Numbered from the stretch's first letter, positions 1-12,473 are shown. The stretch: DNA of 64,000 nucleotides from Malacoraja senta (GCA_038087875.1 CM075988.1:3658001-3722000), one strand, 5' to 3'. The notes: generated by a model not told the origin, from the sequence alone. Program-made: numbers and translations.

Positions 1-429
1 GGGGAGGGGTTGGGTGAGTGAGGGGGGGTTGGGTGAGTGAGGGGGGTTGGGTGATTTATGGAGCAGTTGGGAGAATGGTCACAATGAATAGTTGGGGCAT
101 TTGAAGAGCCTCTGATGGTCCGTGACTGAGAGTAACTGGCCATTGGAAAGGTAGACCGGACTGGGAGCTGTGACAAGGGACAATATCACAGTGATCACGG
201 AGTTAGAGAGCACTCCTGCAAAGCAGGTCCAGCTCACCGTAGCCGACTCTGGTCTCGGCCCCGAGGCACCGGTGTCGAAGGGACCCATGCCGCTCAGAGT
301 GAGGAGGGACCCAAGAGCGAGGTGGAGCATCGAGAGCAATGGCAAGGGGCCGTTGGGAACAATCGGGGGAACGCGGTGGGGGAGATCTGAGAGTGATGGG
401 GGACGCGGTGGGGGAGATCTGAGAGTGAT

Positions 430-975
430 GGGGGATGCAGTGTATAGATACATGATAAGGGAATAACGTTTAGTGCAAGATAAAGCCAGCAAAGTCTTAT
501 CAAGGATAGTCCGAGGGTCACCATTGAGGTAGATAGTAGTTCAGCACTGCTCTCTGGTTGTGGTAGGATGATTCAGTTGCCTGATAACAGCTGGGAAGAA
601 ACTGTCCCTGAATCTGGAGGTGTGCGTTTTCACACTTCTATACCTTTTGCCTGATGGGAGAGGGGAGAAGGGAGTGGCCAGGGTGCGACTGGTCCTTGAT
701 TATGCTGCTGCCCTTGCCGAGGCAGCGTGAGGTATAAATGGAGACAATGGAAGGGAGGTTGGTTTGTGTTATGGTCTGGGCTGTGTCCACAATTTGCTGC
801 AATTTCTTGCAGTCTTGGATGGAGCTGTTCCCAAACCAATCTGTGATGCATCCTGATAAAATGCTTTCTGTGGTGCATCTGTAGTAGTTGGTGAGAGTTG
901 TCGGGGACGTGCCGAACGTTGGTGTGCTTTCTTGGTCGTTGCTTCAATATGGGTGGTCCAGGTGAAGTTGTTGGT
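430..975 (-). mobile_element. Rex1/Babar-like LINE 3' fragment
   Basis: Reverse complement of the LINE 3' end also seen at ~11610-11790, ~41995-42275 and ~61635-61850. Confidence 0.7.
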
Positions 976-1158
976 GATTGTTGGGAGAGCTGGGATTAAT
1001 GGGCAGCCGGGACGAATACCAAGTGCGGGAGATTATGTGGGAAAATGAGAGGAACGGGGAGCTGGGAACGGGGTGGTGAGGGTCTGGGTCTGAGGAACGG
1101 GGAGCTGGGGTGTGGTGAGGGTCTGGGTCTGAGGAACGGGGAGGTAGGATGTTCTTAC

Positions 1159-1307
1159 AGTAGACGTCGGCGGTCCTGCTGATGTTGGTGCTTCCCAGCG
1201 GGTTGGACACAGCGCACGACACGGGCTCTGTGAAGAAGGTGTAGTCCACCACCGTCTCATAGGTGTCACCCTGCACTCCCCGCAGCACCTGGCCGCCCTT
1301 CGCCCAC
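1159..1307 (-). CDS. KIRREL3: KIRREL3-like coding exon (equivalent to exon 8; second half of Ig3)
   Basis: Minus strand: gctccAG|G TGG GCG AAG...GTC TAC T|GTaag, 149 bp, phase 2 to 1. Encodes [49 protein letters not shown] with the KIRREL-type WAK..VDY.FF.EPVSC.V.N..GSTN pattern. Confidence 0.9.
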
Positions 1308-1387
1308 CTGGAGCAACACAGAACCAATTAAACACCATGATCTATGTATCTATGTATCTATGACCAACATTGTCTCACTCTGATACC

Positions 1388-1924
1388 CTGATTTAAGGGC
1401 GACACAAAATGCTGGAGTAACTCAGCGGGACATGCAGCATCTCTAGAGAGAAGGAATGGGCAACGTTGCGGGTTGAGATCCTTCCTCAGACTGATGTCAG
1501 GGGAGGGGGCGGGACAGAGATAGAATGTAGTCGGAGACAGTAAGACTAGTGGGAGAACTGGGAAGGAGAAGGGGATGGAGAGAGAAAGCAAGGGCTATCT
1601 GAAATTAGAGAAGTCAATGTTCATACAGCTGGGGTGTAAACTACCCAAGCAAAATACGAGGTGCTGTTTCTCCAATTTGCACTGGGCCTCACTTTGACTA
1701 TGGAGGAGGCCCAGGACAGAAAGGTCGGATTGGGAATGGGAGGGGGAGTTGAAGTGCTGGGCCACCGGGAGATCAGGTAGGTTAAGACAGACTGAGCGGA
1801 GGTGTTCAGTGAAACGATCGCCGAGCCAGCGCTTAGTCTCGCCGATGCAGAGAAGTTGACACCTGGAACGGCAGATACAGTAGATGAGGTTGGAGGAGGT
1901 GCAAGTGAACCTCTGCCTCGCCTG
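1388..1924 (-). mobile_element. Penelope-like element 3' fragment (GIY-YIG endonuclease plus terminal repeat)
   Basis: Minus strand reads FTCTSSNLIYCICRSRCQLLCIGETKRWLGDRFTEHLRSV...VAQHFN...MNIDFSNFR*, followed by the abundant terminal repeat. Confidence 0.88.
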
Positions 1925-2117
1925 ATGTCAAGATAGTCAAGACAGCTATGGGAGTCAGTAGGTTTGTAGTAGCTATCTTGACTACACTTGACTACACTTC
2001 TTAACACCCTGCTTCCTGAGATGCTGCCCGACCCGCTGAGTTACTCCACCACTTTGTGTCTACCTTTGATTTAAACCAGCATCTGCAGTTCTTCCCTACA
2101 CATTTTGTCAACTTTGA

Positions 2118-2444
2118 TTTAGTTTAGTTTAGTTTAGAGATACAGCATGGAAACTGTAGCCCACCATCAGCCCACCGAGTCCTCGCCGACCAGCGATCCC
2201 TGCACATTAACACTATCCTACACACACTGGGGACAATTTACATTTATACCAAGCCAATTAACCTACAAACCTGTATGTCTTTGGAGTATGGGAGGAAACC
2301 GCATATCTCGGGGAAAACCCACGCGGTCACAGGGAGAACGTACAAACTCCGTACAGACAGCACCCGTAGTTGGGATCGAACCCGGGTCTCTGGCGCTGTA
2401 AGCGCTGTACGGCAGCAACTCTACTGCTGCACCACCGTGCCGCC
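2118..2444 (-). mobile_element. tRNA-derived V-SINE (HE1-like)
   Basis: Pol III A/B boxes, V-domain ggtttcctccc...ccaaagac, CR1-like tail and (CTAAA)n. Confidence 0.85.
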
Positions 2445-2999
2445 CTAGGTCACCGGTCTAGGTCACTGAAGCACTCCACGATTCTGTCTGTAACTCCCTC
2501 ATGTAGATCACATCCCTCACTGGCATCCTATGATATAATCCATACCTTCACTGTCTTAAGGCACCTGTAACAGAGCACACTTCCACAAGGTGCATTAGCA
2601 AGCAAACAATTGACATTGGCCTACAAAAGGAGATATGAGGCCAATTGACCAAATACTTAGTCTAAGCAGACAAACAACAGATATGCTGGAAGAAATTAGC
2701 CAGTCGGTCAGCAGCTGTGGATAGAGAAATCAGTCAAAGTTTTGGGGAATTTATTCCAATTGATGAATCTTCTTTCAGATTTCCTTCCCCCCCCTCTCTC
2801 ACAACCCCCCCCCCCTGCTTGTATAAAACCTGGACAAACCTTCTTTAGGAGAAACTCAATAATCATCAACATAATGCACAACTTGTGGCTCTCGGACTCT
2901 AGGACTATGCTTGTCTTTATTAACTGGGTTGCAGAATGTAAGACTAACTGACCATTCCAGATCTCTACCTGTATCTGTATCTGAAATGTTAGTCTCTCG

Positions 3000-3306
3000 C
3001 GCGGCACGATGGCGCAACAGTAGAGCTACTGCCTCACAGCGCCAGAGACCCGGGTTCAATCCTGACTACGGGTGCTTGACTGTACAGATTTTGGACGTTC
3101 TCCCTGTGACCGCGTGGGTTTTCTCCAGGGTCTCCAGTTTCCTCCCACACTCCAAAGACGTACAGGTTTGCAGATTAATTGGCTTGGTGTAAATGTAAAA
3201 TTGTCCCCAGTTGTGTGTAGGATAGTGTTAGTGTGCGGGGATCACTGGTCAGTCCGGACTCGGTGGGCCAAAGGGCCTGTTTCCGGGCTGTATCTCTAAA
3301 CTAAAC
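3000..3306 (+). mobile_element. V-SINE (HE1-like), full length
   Basis: gcggcacgatggcgca...gggttcaatcctg...ccagtttcctcccacactccaaagac...gggcctgtttcc...ctaaactaaac. About 25 further copies or fragments occur, e.g. near 3865, 4755, 5058, 22878, 27615, 37487, 43720, 50432, 60490 and 61280. Confidence 0.88.
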
Positions 3307-5713
3307 ATGTCCAAGTCAACAAAACCCTGGACTCTACACAAGTGGGTGTTACAGAGAGCCTGCTTCTCACTTTGCTTTTGTCCAGAGCCTAATCTCACTC
3401 CAGCCTTGGTCAAATCCTGGAGCAATGTGTGGGATTCCAGAGAAGGGGATGGAGTGTCCAACCTTGACAACGTGGAAGCATGGACTCAGGCTTGACGCTC
3501 AGGGATAAATGAGAAAATCTCCCACATGCAGGAGTTATATCTGGCACAAAGAAAGAGAGTTAATCAGCATAGGTTTGGAAAATCCCAGCAGGATTTTCAA
3601 AAGTCCAACCACCTGCATTTGGTTCATCATAAACCTTCCTTGCATTGTGGGGTAGGAATGGTCATGTTTCTGTATGTCTGTGGTGTGCACCTTTACGCAC
3701 AGTTAATGAACCATCTTTACTTTATGGGTAGGAAGGAAGTGAGGATGCTGGTTTAAATCGAATATGGACACAAAATGCTGGAGTAACTCAGCGGGACAGG
3801 CAGCATCTCTGGAGAGAAGGAATGGGTGACGTTTCAGGTCAAGACTGGAACCGGAGCTGGAATTACTTTACTTTAGTTAAGATTAGTTTGGAGTTACAGC
3901 ATGGAAACAGCCCCTCCAGCCCACCGAGTCCAAGCCGACCACCCACCACCCTGTACACTAGTTACACATGTCCCACTTTTGCATCCAACAAACCAGAGGC
4001 CACTTACAGAAGCCAATTAACGTACAAACCCGCACGTCTTTGGAATGTGGGAGGAAACTGGAGCACCTGGAGAAAGCCCACGTGGTCACAGGGAGAATGT
4101 TCAAACTCCGTACAGACAGTACCCTTAGTCAGGATCAAACCCGGGTCTCAGGCAGCAACTCCACCACTGTGCCACTGTGCCATCCTATTGCCCCTTCTAA
4201 GATCACAAGTGATAGGAGCAGAATGAGGCCATTCGGCCCATCAAGTCTACCCTGCCATTCAATCATGGCTGATCTATCTCTCCCTGCTAACCCCATTCTC
4301 CTGCCTTCTCCCCATAACCTCTGACACCTGTACTAATCAAGAATCTACATATCTCCATCTTAAATACATCCATTGACCTGGTCTCCACAGCCTTCTGACT
4401 AAAGAAATTCTCCACAAAACTGAGCACGTCATTTTCATTTCCATTTTCATCATAGTTTTGTCGTGAATCTTTGTGTGTATCCTTTTTGGCATTGTCTCAT
4501 CCTTGGCTTAATGTGTTGAAAAAGAACTGTATACCTCATCGCAGTAGTGTTGAAACAGATCTGGAATGGTCACCTTGTCTTACAGTCTGCATCCCAGTTA
4601 ATAAATACAAGCATAGAACCAGAACTGCCTGCTCTGGCACCTTCAGAAGCTGTGGATCTGCATCCTGTATTTGATGTTTTCTGTGAATGTATTTGTCTCC
4701 ATGCAAGTCACAGGTTAGACATTTGGTGGAACACATTCGACTTGTCTGTATAAATGAGGTGCACAACGGTAGAGTTGCTGCCTTACAGCGGTAGAGACTC
4801 AGGTTCGATCCTGCCTCTAGGCGCTGTCTGTACGGAATTTCTACGTTCTCCCCATGACCTGCATAGGCTTTTTCCGGGATCTCGGGTTTCTTCCCACACT
4901 CCAAAGATGTACAGGTTTGTAGGTTAATTGGTTTGGTATAATTGTAAATTATCCCTTGGTGGGCCGAAGGGCCTGTTTCCACACTGTATCTCCAAACTAA
5001 AACTAAATCATATACATTCCCTGTTATACTTTAGACAAAATGGTGCCAGTATGCATATAGTTTAGTTTAGTTTAGAGATTCAGCATGGAAGCAGGCCCTT
5101 TGGCCCACCGAGTCCACACCATCCGTTTACAGTAGTTCTATGTTATCCCACTTTCTCATTCATTCCCAACACACTGGTGGCAATTGTACAAAGGACCAAT
5201 TAAACTACAAACCCGCACGTCTTTGGGATGTGGGAGAAAACCCACATGGTCACACAGAGAACATGCACACTCCACACAAACAGCACCTGAGGACAGGATC
5301 GAACCGGGATCTCTGGCACTGTGAGACTGTAGCTCTATCAACTACACCATTAATGTTCCTTGCTTTCGGTGTCTATAGCGATCAGATGTTATCAGTTTTA
5401 TCAGAAAAACATGATTAAAGTTTAAAGAATAATAATTGTTAATTTAATTGGATGGTTGGACCCTTAGGTTAAGCAGTCCATCACGCCCAGTGCATCAGGG
5501 GCATTGACCTCCCCACCATCGAAGCGATCTACAGGAGTCACAGCCTCAAAAATGCAGCCAGCATCACCAGAGCCCCGCACCACCCTGGCCATGCTCTCTT
5601 TTCACTCCTGCCATCGGGAAGAAGGTACAGGAGCCTGAAAACTGTAACGTTCAGGTTCAGGAACAGCTTCTTCCCTACAGCCATCCTCCAAATAAGCTCT
5701 GAACTACATAGAC

Positions 5714-6755
5714 TAGGTATGTTACAAAACTTACCTTCAGTCGCACTGTAATTCTGCCACTGGCCGTGTGCGCGATTTTGGCGTCTTTAAGGGAGGGCGG
5801 GGTCACAACGCGGGTTTCTCCTCCCTTGTCCTGGTTGATATTTTGTTGGAGTACAAGCCTTGGCTGACAAAATCGTTCCTACCGGCGTTTTGTGAATTTT
5901 TTATTTTTATTAAATCGTCAATGTCAGCGCTACAGTAATTTTAAAAGCAGCTCCTGAAGCGTCAACGCCGATAACGGGGACGGATTTCACACACGGGACA
6001 GGTAAACGAAAGTGCTTTCTTTAAATGTATAAAAGTGCTTCTTAAGAAGCCTTTAATTAACATGTTTTCATGCGACACGGTGATTTTATTCCCCGAATTA
6101 ACGGCAGTATTTTTCATACCAATACGGGGTTAAATTCACCGCAAATGAACGTTCCAAAAGATCGCGTTCCAGAAATGCGCACACACAATATTAATTAAAT
6201 CCCCATTAATTTACAGGTATTAAACATCCAATTCCTTCCATTTGGCCTGTAAATTCATGAAAATTAGATTTAAAAATTATGTTATATTGTGAATTATTGT
6301 GTGAATGTTATTTGGACACTCAGGCTATTTAAAAATGTTAATCTATTCTTAAGAAATTGATAGATGTTTAGATCTAGTAATTGAATTTTGTAATTAGCTA
6401 CAATTAGGTAACTAACTAATTATATGCTTTACTTTCATGTCTTCGAAGTAAGATTGTTTCATATTTGTTTCAGAATGCTTCAATCTATAATAACTGAAAA
6501 TTTCTTTCAGTTATCATAATTTTAAAGAAAATTATGGGCTTTTAACTGTCCTCGATCACAGCTTTTGTGTTAAGTCAATGGAAAAGCAATAGGGAACTAG
6601 ATGCTAATTTCTGAGTATGATAATGGCCATAACTTTTTTAATACTGAAGATATGAAAGTGAATTAAGTGTCAAATTAAACTTCTTTTTATGCTTTATCTG
6701 ATGGGATAAATTGCAGACTTTATTTTTAAAATCTCAAAATCTTATAACATTGCTA
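5714..6755. mobile_element. Non-autonomous DNA transposon with TAG...CTA ends and 7-bp TSD (copy 1)
   Basis: Imperfect TIRs taggtatgttacaa / ttataacattgcta; catagac duplicated at 5707-5713 and 6756-6762; homologous over ~1 kb to 32844-34417. Confidence 0.8.
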
Positions 6756-7067
6756 CATAGACTTGGGGGCATTGGTTTTGTCTTTTTGGACTATTATTGT
6801 TTGACAATAGACAATAGACAATAGGTGCAGGAGTAGGCCATTCAGCCCTTCGACCCAACACCGCCATTCAATGTGATCATGGCTGATCATCCACAATCAG
6901 TACCCCGTTCCTGCCTTCTACCCATATCCCCTGACTCCGCTATCTTTAAGAGCCCTATCTAGCTCTTTCTAGAAAGTATCCAGAGAACCGGCCTCCACCG
7001 CCCTCTGAGGCAGAGAATTCCACAGATTCACAACTCTGTTTGGTTGTTTGTTTTTATATGGAAAAAA

Positions 7068-7228
7068 TGTGTGTGTGTATGTATATATATATATATATAC
7101 ACACACAGTATATATGCTGTATGTGTATGTAAGTATGCATGTATATATATGTGTGTGTGTATGCTTGTGTGTATATATGTATGTATACAGCATTTATACA
7201 CGTGTGTATGTATGTTTGTATACATATG
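7068..7228. repeat. TA/TG compound microsatellite
   Basis: Direct reading. Confidence 0.95.
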
Positions 7229-8934
7229 ATAGACACAAAATGCTGGAGTAACTTAGTGGGACAGGCAGCATCTCAGGGCAGAAGGAATGGATGAAGTTTC
7301 GGGTCGAGACCCTTCTTCAGACTGCGAGTTGGGGGAAAGGGAAAAGAGAGATATACACATATGAGTGTGAGTGAGTGTGAGTCTGCACTGAACTTTTTTT
7401 TCCCTTTATTGTATTATTTACAGGGTAGGATGTTTGCATATTCTGTTGTGCTACTACAAGTAAGCTCATTTTTCTGAGACATATGACAAGAACACTCTCT
7501 TGACTCTGGAATTATAAGTTGGTGGATGTGGAACTAATAATGTAGCCCAGAGCATTGTGAAGCATCTCGCAGAATGTTCTGGGCAGCAATCAGCTGCATG
7601 GTTGTTGACCTTTGTGGGGTTTGGGATAGAAGAATTGCTCCAGTTGTGGTCATGGATCAATAGACTTTGGGAAAGAGTTCAAACACTGTCAGGCTGATGT
7701 GTCAGAACAACGTGTGTACGAAGGAACTGCAGATGCTGGTATAAATAGACACAAAAAGCTGGAGTAACTCAGCGGGACAGGCAGCACCTCTGGAGAGAAG
7801 GAATGGGTGACGTTTCGGGTGGAGACCCTTCTTCCTGATCAGTCTGAAGAAGGGTCTCCACCCGAAAGGTCACCCATGCCTTCTTCCCAGAGGTGCTGTC
7901 TGTCCCGCTGAGTTGCTCCAGCATTTTGTGTCTATCTTGTGACAGAACAATCCTGGCCTCGGTTTTTCACCTGATCGAACTTCTGGGGCTGGAAGGCATC
8001 TCTTCATTGCCCACACAACACCATCACACCACTGATTATGTCAACACCCCCACAGCTGGGCTACGGCCGGAGCCAGCTCTGCGGGGCCTAGGTAAATTCC
8101 ACGACTTTGTCTCAGGCAACCAGTAAAAGAATTCAAGGAATTGAAACATTCAAAGAATTCTTCAGCAAAATGTCAACCAGCATGGGCCTTCTTTGTTTCT
8201 ACTGCTGCATAAAAAGACGCAAAGTGCTGGAGTAACTCAGCGGACCAGGGAACATCTCTGGAGAACATGGATAGGCGACGTTTCTGCTCGGGACCCTTCT
8301 TCAGGCTAATTGTGGTGGGGGCGAGGTAAGAAAGCTGCCAGGAAAAATGTAGAAGCAAGGAACTGCAGATGCTGGTGATTACAAGGACACAAAGTGCTGG
8401 AGTAACTCAGCGGACCAGGGAGCATCTCAGGAGAACATGGATAGGTGACATTTTGAGTCGGGGTCCTTCTTCGAACTGATTGTAGGGAGTAGTGGGGGGT
8501 GGGGGGGGGGGGGAGTGAGGGAAGAAGGCTGGAAAAGAGAAGTGGGGGCAAGACAAATACTTCCAATTGCAGGATGAAGGTCCAGAGGAGTTTCTAACAT
8601 GGGGTGCATTTTCTGCGTGCGGAGCCTCCTCGGGAACTTTGGCCCTAGTATCTCGGGGACTAAATCAGTCTGCTCCCAACACAAGCACCAGATGGTCCTT
8701 CACCGCATGTAGCTGCATCAGGCCTTGCTCATCCATCAGCTCCCATGTTCCAGGCCCACTCTGACTCCCCACAGGGCAACAATTCGATTGTTAAATAATT
8801 ATGTTCTACATTTCATTGATCCACATCTGCTTTGATCTGTGGTTTCACACCTTATCCTTTCATATCTGTAGTTTCCCTCCCCCCTAATTCTCGGTCTGAA
8901 GGCCTTGACCCGAAACGTCACCCGTTCATAGAAA

Positions 8935-9312
8935 TATTGAAACATAAAAACATAGACAATAGTTGCAGGAGTAGGCCTTTCCACCCTTCGAGCCAGCACC
9001 GCCATTCAATATGATCATGGCTGATCATCCAAAATCAGTACCTCGTTCCTGCTTTCTCCCCATATCCCTTGATTCCTTTAGCCCTAACTCTCTCTTGAAA
9101 ACATCCAGTGAATTGGCCTCCAGTGCCTTCTGTGACAGAGAATTCCACAGATTCACAACTCTCTGGGTACAAAAATGTTTCCTCATCTCAGTCCTAAATG
9201 GCCGACCCCTTATTCTTAAACTGTGACCCCTTGTTCTGGACTCACCCAACATCGGGATCATTTTGTTCTGCATCAAGCCTGTCCAATCCCTTAAGAATTT
9301 TACATGTTTCAA
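8935..9312 (-). mobile_element. CR1 3' fragment
   Basis: ESRTRGHSLRIRG...QRVVNLWNSL plus 3' UTR. Confidence 0.85.
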
Positions 9313-10202
9313 TATGTTTTCCTCTCTCCAGAGATGCTGCCTGACCCGCTGAGTTACTCCAGCATTTTGTGTCTATCTTCGGGGTAAAACCGGCATCTGC
9401 AGTTCCTTCCTACACATCCTGGTTTTCAAACAGTGGTCATTAGTCATTAACAGTTCAGTAATTAGTCATTAAAGGATCACTGATCCCATATCAAGTCACT
9501 TCACACCATTTGCTATTCTCACACACCAAGTATCTGAACCCGCAGATCCTCGCCATCCGAATGACAATGTTACAGTCAGCCCTGGTTTCAGCAGGTCATG
9601 TCACGATATTGCTGTAGGCACAAGGAACTGCAAGTGCAGGTTTATTTAAAAAAAAAACATACAAAGTGCTGGAGTATCTCAGCAGCTCAGGCAGCATTTC
9701 CGGAGAACATGGATAAGTGACGTTTTGGGTCGGGACCCTTCTTCAGACTGATTGTAGTATGGGGGAGAAAGCAGGAAAAGAGATGGGGGGGGGGTGGGGT
9801 GAAAGAAAGCCTGATAAGTGTCAGGTTGAATGCGGAGGAAGGAACTGCGGACGCTGGTTTACACCAAAGATAGACACAAAATGCTGGAGTAACTCTTTTC
9901 TCGTTGCCTCCCCCTCTCCCCCCACAATTAAAGGGAGGGTCGCAAACTGAAACATCAACTGTCTATTTCCTCCACAGATGCTGCCTGACCCAATGAGTCT
10001 TGTCTTTTTGTCCTTCTGTCTGGGGTTAGGAGGAGTGTGGTCCGCCACCTTTAACTGAGGTGAGATCAGCAAACAGAGATCAGAGAGGACTTGTAGTGCT
10101 GTGTAGGAAAGAACTGCAGGTGCTGGTTTCAATCGAAGATAGACACACAAAGCTGGAGTAACTCAGCGGGTCAGGCAGCATCTCTGGAGAGAAGGAATGG
10201 GT

Positions 10203-10230
10203 GACGTTTCGGGTCGAGACCCTTCTTCAG
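10203..10230 (-). other. Minimal hammerhead-ribozyme-like core in Penelope terminal repeat
   Basis: Minus strand reads CTGAAGA-A-GGGTC-TC-GACCC-GAAAC-GTC (CUGANGA, stem II, GAAA, NUH). Stem I pairing is weak. Confidence 0.55.
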
Positions 10231-10696
10231 ACTGCCGGCTGAATGGAGAGAGGGAAAGGAGCGTTAAACTGTAGGAGTGCTGGAATCATTAAAGCCCCAC
10301 CAGACACCCACGCTGTGTCTCCACATCATGAGCAAGGGAGTCAGCAGTAAGTGAAGTTTCTTTCATATTGTCAGCAGTATTATGGATCATCAGGACAATA
10401 ATTCACCGTAATATTTGCTTGGATAAAAAGGGCTGAATTATGGATGAAAGTGAAAACCTCATAATTTTTCTAGGCAGATATTATTTGCCTGAATTTTAAT
10501 AACTGCTTTCATTAAAATAATCAGAGGATGGCTATAGAGTATCGCCCACTGAATCTGAGGAATATATTCAGACTTATTCTGGCAGATGGATATAAATTCA
10601 AATTATGCTGAAATATGCGAGCTTCTGTTTACAATATATTTAATGTCAGTCTGAGAATGGATGAATGCGATTCATTTTCAAGGAGGAAGATTATTT

Positions 10697-11016
10697 TTAG
10701 TTTAGTTTAGTTTAGTTTAGAGATGCAGCGCTGAAACAGGCCCTTCTGCCCACCGAGTCCGCAACGACCTGCGACCCCCACACATTAACTCTACCCTACA
10801 CACACTAGGGACAAGTTGACATTTACACCAAGCCAAATTCACCTACAAATGTGTATGCCTTTGGAGTGTGGGAGGAAAGCAAAGATCTTGGAGAAAACCC
10901 ACGCTGGTCACGGGGGGAACGTACAAATTCCATACAGACACGCACCCGTAGTCGGGGTCGAACCTGGGTCTCTGGCACGGTGAGGCAGCAGCTCTACCGC
11001 TGTGCCACCGTGCCGC
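10697..11016 (-). mobile_element. V-SINE (HE1-like)
   Basis: Full-length copy with (TTTAG)n on the + strand. Confidence 0.85.
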
Positions 11017-11667
11017 CTCATTCCGTTCAAAACACACTATTCGAGGTTGTTGTTCAACAAGGATTGGGTGCAAAGATAGAGCTACAACCTGTAACCGCTC
11101 CTTTCATCCATCAGAAGGCTGGCCAGAAATGCCACACTTCAAGAATCGAGAACCAGAGGACGTAGGTGAGGGGGGGGGGGGGGGGGAGAAGATTTAATGG
11201 GAACCCAAGGGGTAACTCTTTCACACAAGGGGTGGTGGGTGTTTGGAATGCACTGCCGGAGGAGGTTGTTGGGGCGGGTACTATCACAACCTTTGAGAAA
11301 CATTTTGACAGGTACATGGATAGGACAGGTTTAGAAGGATATGGGCCAAAAGCATGAAGGTTGGACTAGAATAGATGGGGCACTTTGGTCGCAAGGGCAA
11401 ATTAGGCTGAAGGGCCTCTATCCACACGGTATGACTCCATGACTATTTCCCTTCGTCGACAGTGACAGACTCAGTAGTGCTTGCGCCTCTCCTTGAACAA
11501 AACACCCTCAACACTCACCTGGCCCCTGTGGTGATGGGTCTTTCCTTGCTTAGGGGGTCCCTGCACTGAACTCTGCCCCTCAGTGTTCATCAGCAGAAGC
11601 ACCAAGGAAGTGTGAAAACGCACACCTCCAGATTCAGGGACAGTTTCTTCCCAGCTGTTATCAGGCA

Positions 11668-11762
11668 ATTGGACCATCCTACCACAATTGGACCATCCTA
11701 CCACAATTGGACCATCCTACCACAATTGGACCATCCTACCACAATTGGACCATCCTACCACA
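11668..11762 (+). repeat. 19-bp tandem repeat, 5 copies, within a LINE 3' end
   Basis: (aattggaccatcctaccac)5. Confidence 0.95.
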
Positions 11763-12049
11763 ACCAGAGAGCAGTGCTGAGCTACTATCTACCATGCAGA
11801 GTTGACAAATGGGCGGCACGGAGGCACAGCAGATAGAGCTGCTGCCTCAGAGCCTGGAACCTGGGTTTGATCCTGACCCCGGGTGCAGTGTAAGTGGAGT
11901 TTGTACAGGAACGCGACGATTTCCACCGGTGCACCCACTTCTTCCCACGTCCCCAAAACGGCACCAATCTGGTGACTCTGTATACTGCCTCAGTGCACTA
12001 CTACTACAAACTCGTACTGTCTCTGGATGCTTATCTAACATCATTCTAA

Positions 12050-12473
12050 AGGGCCTGTCCCACTTGCTGATTTTTTCAGTGACTGCCGGCATCATTGACT
12101 AATGTGTCAGGTCACCGAAAAATTTGCGGCATGATGCGGCGGTGACCCGGCGCCATGCGGCATGACGTGGCGGTGACGCGGCGGCATGATGTGGTGGTGA
12201 CGCGGCGCCATGCGGCATGATGTGGCGTGATGCGGCGTGACGTGGTGGTGACGCGGTGCCATGCGGCGTGACGTGGTGGTGACGCGGTGCCATGCGGCGT
12301 GACGTGGTGGTGACGCGGCGCCATGCCGCATGATGACGTATTGACGTGCGGTGTTTTTTCAAGTGTCGCAACTTTTTTTTTGCGCCGCTGGATTTTGAAA
12401 TGTTCAAAATCTTTTGGCGGCACTGATATGATGCCGCTAGTCGCTGAATATATCGCCAAGTGGGATAGGCCCT
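12050..12473. mobile_element. Harbinger-type MITE with GC-rich internal tandem repeats
   Basis: TIRs agggcctgtcccacttg / caagtgggataggccct; TAA and TTA flanks. Confidence 0.85.

Noticed and set aside
79..492. 137-aa minus-strand ORF downstream of the exon at 1159-1307, considered as the next KIRREL exon
   Set aside because: No GP...P....VD.G....C.W.GNP-like Ig4 sequence seen in it; it starts in a LINE tail and a local tandem repeat.
1926..1995. Small hairpin tagtcaagacagcta / tagctatcttgacta
   Set aside because: Only about 15 bp, at a Penelope truncation junction; insufficient evidence for an RNA gene.
3440..3510. SLSVKPESM peptide resembling the start of the missing exon
   Set aside because: No HPP start, no ANP motif and no suitable splice sites.
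11513..11605. Minus-strand CAG|GTGAGT donor with an open frame
   Set aside because: Peptide is not KIRREL-like and has no convincing acceptor; it abuts a LINE tail.
12099..12459. His/Arg/Ala-rich ORFs (also 33539-34076 and 58634-59169)
   Set aside because: Stop-poor GC-rich repeats inside MITEs or retroelements; no domain similarity.
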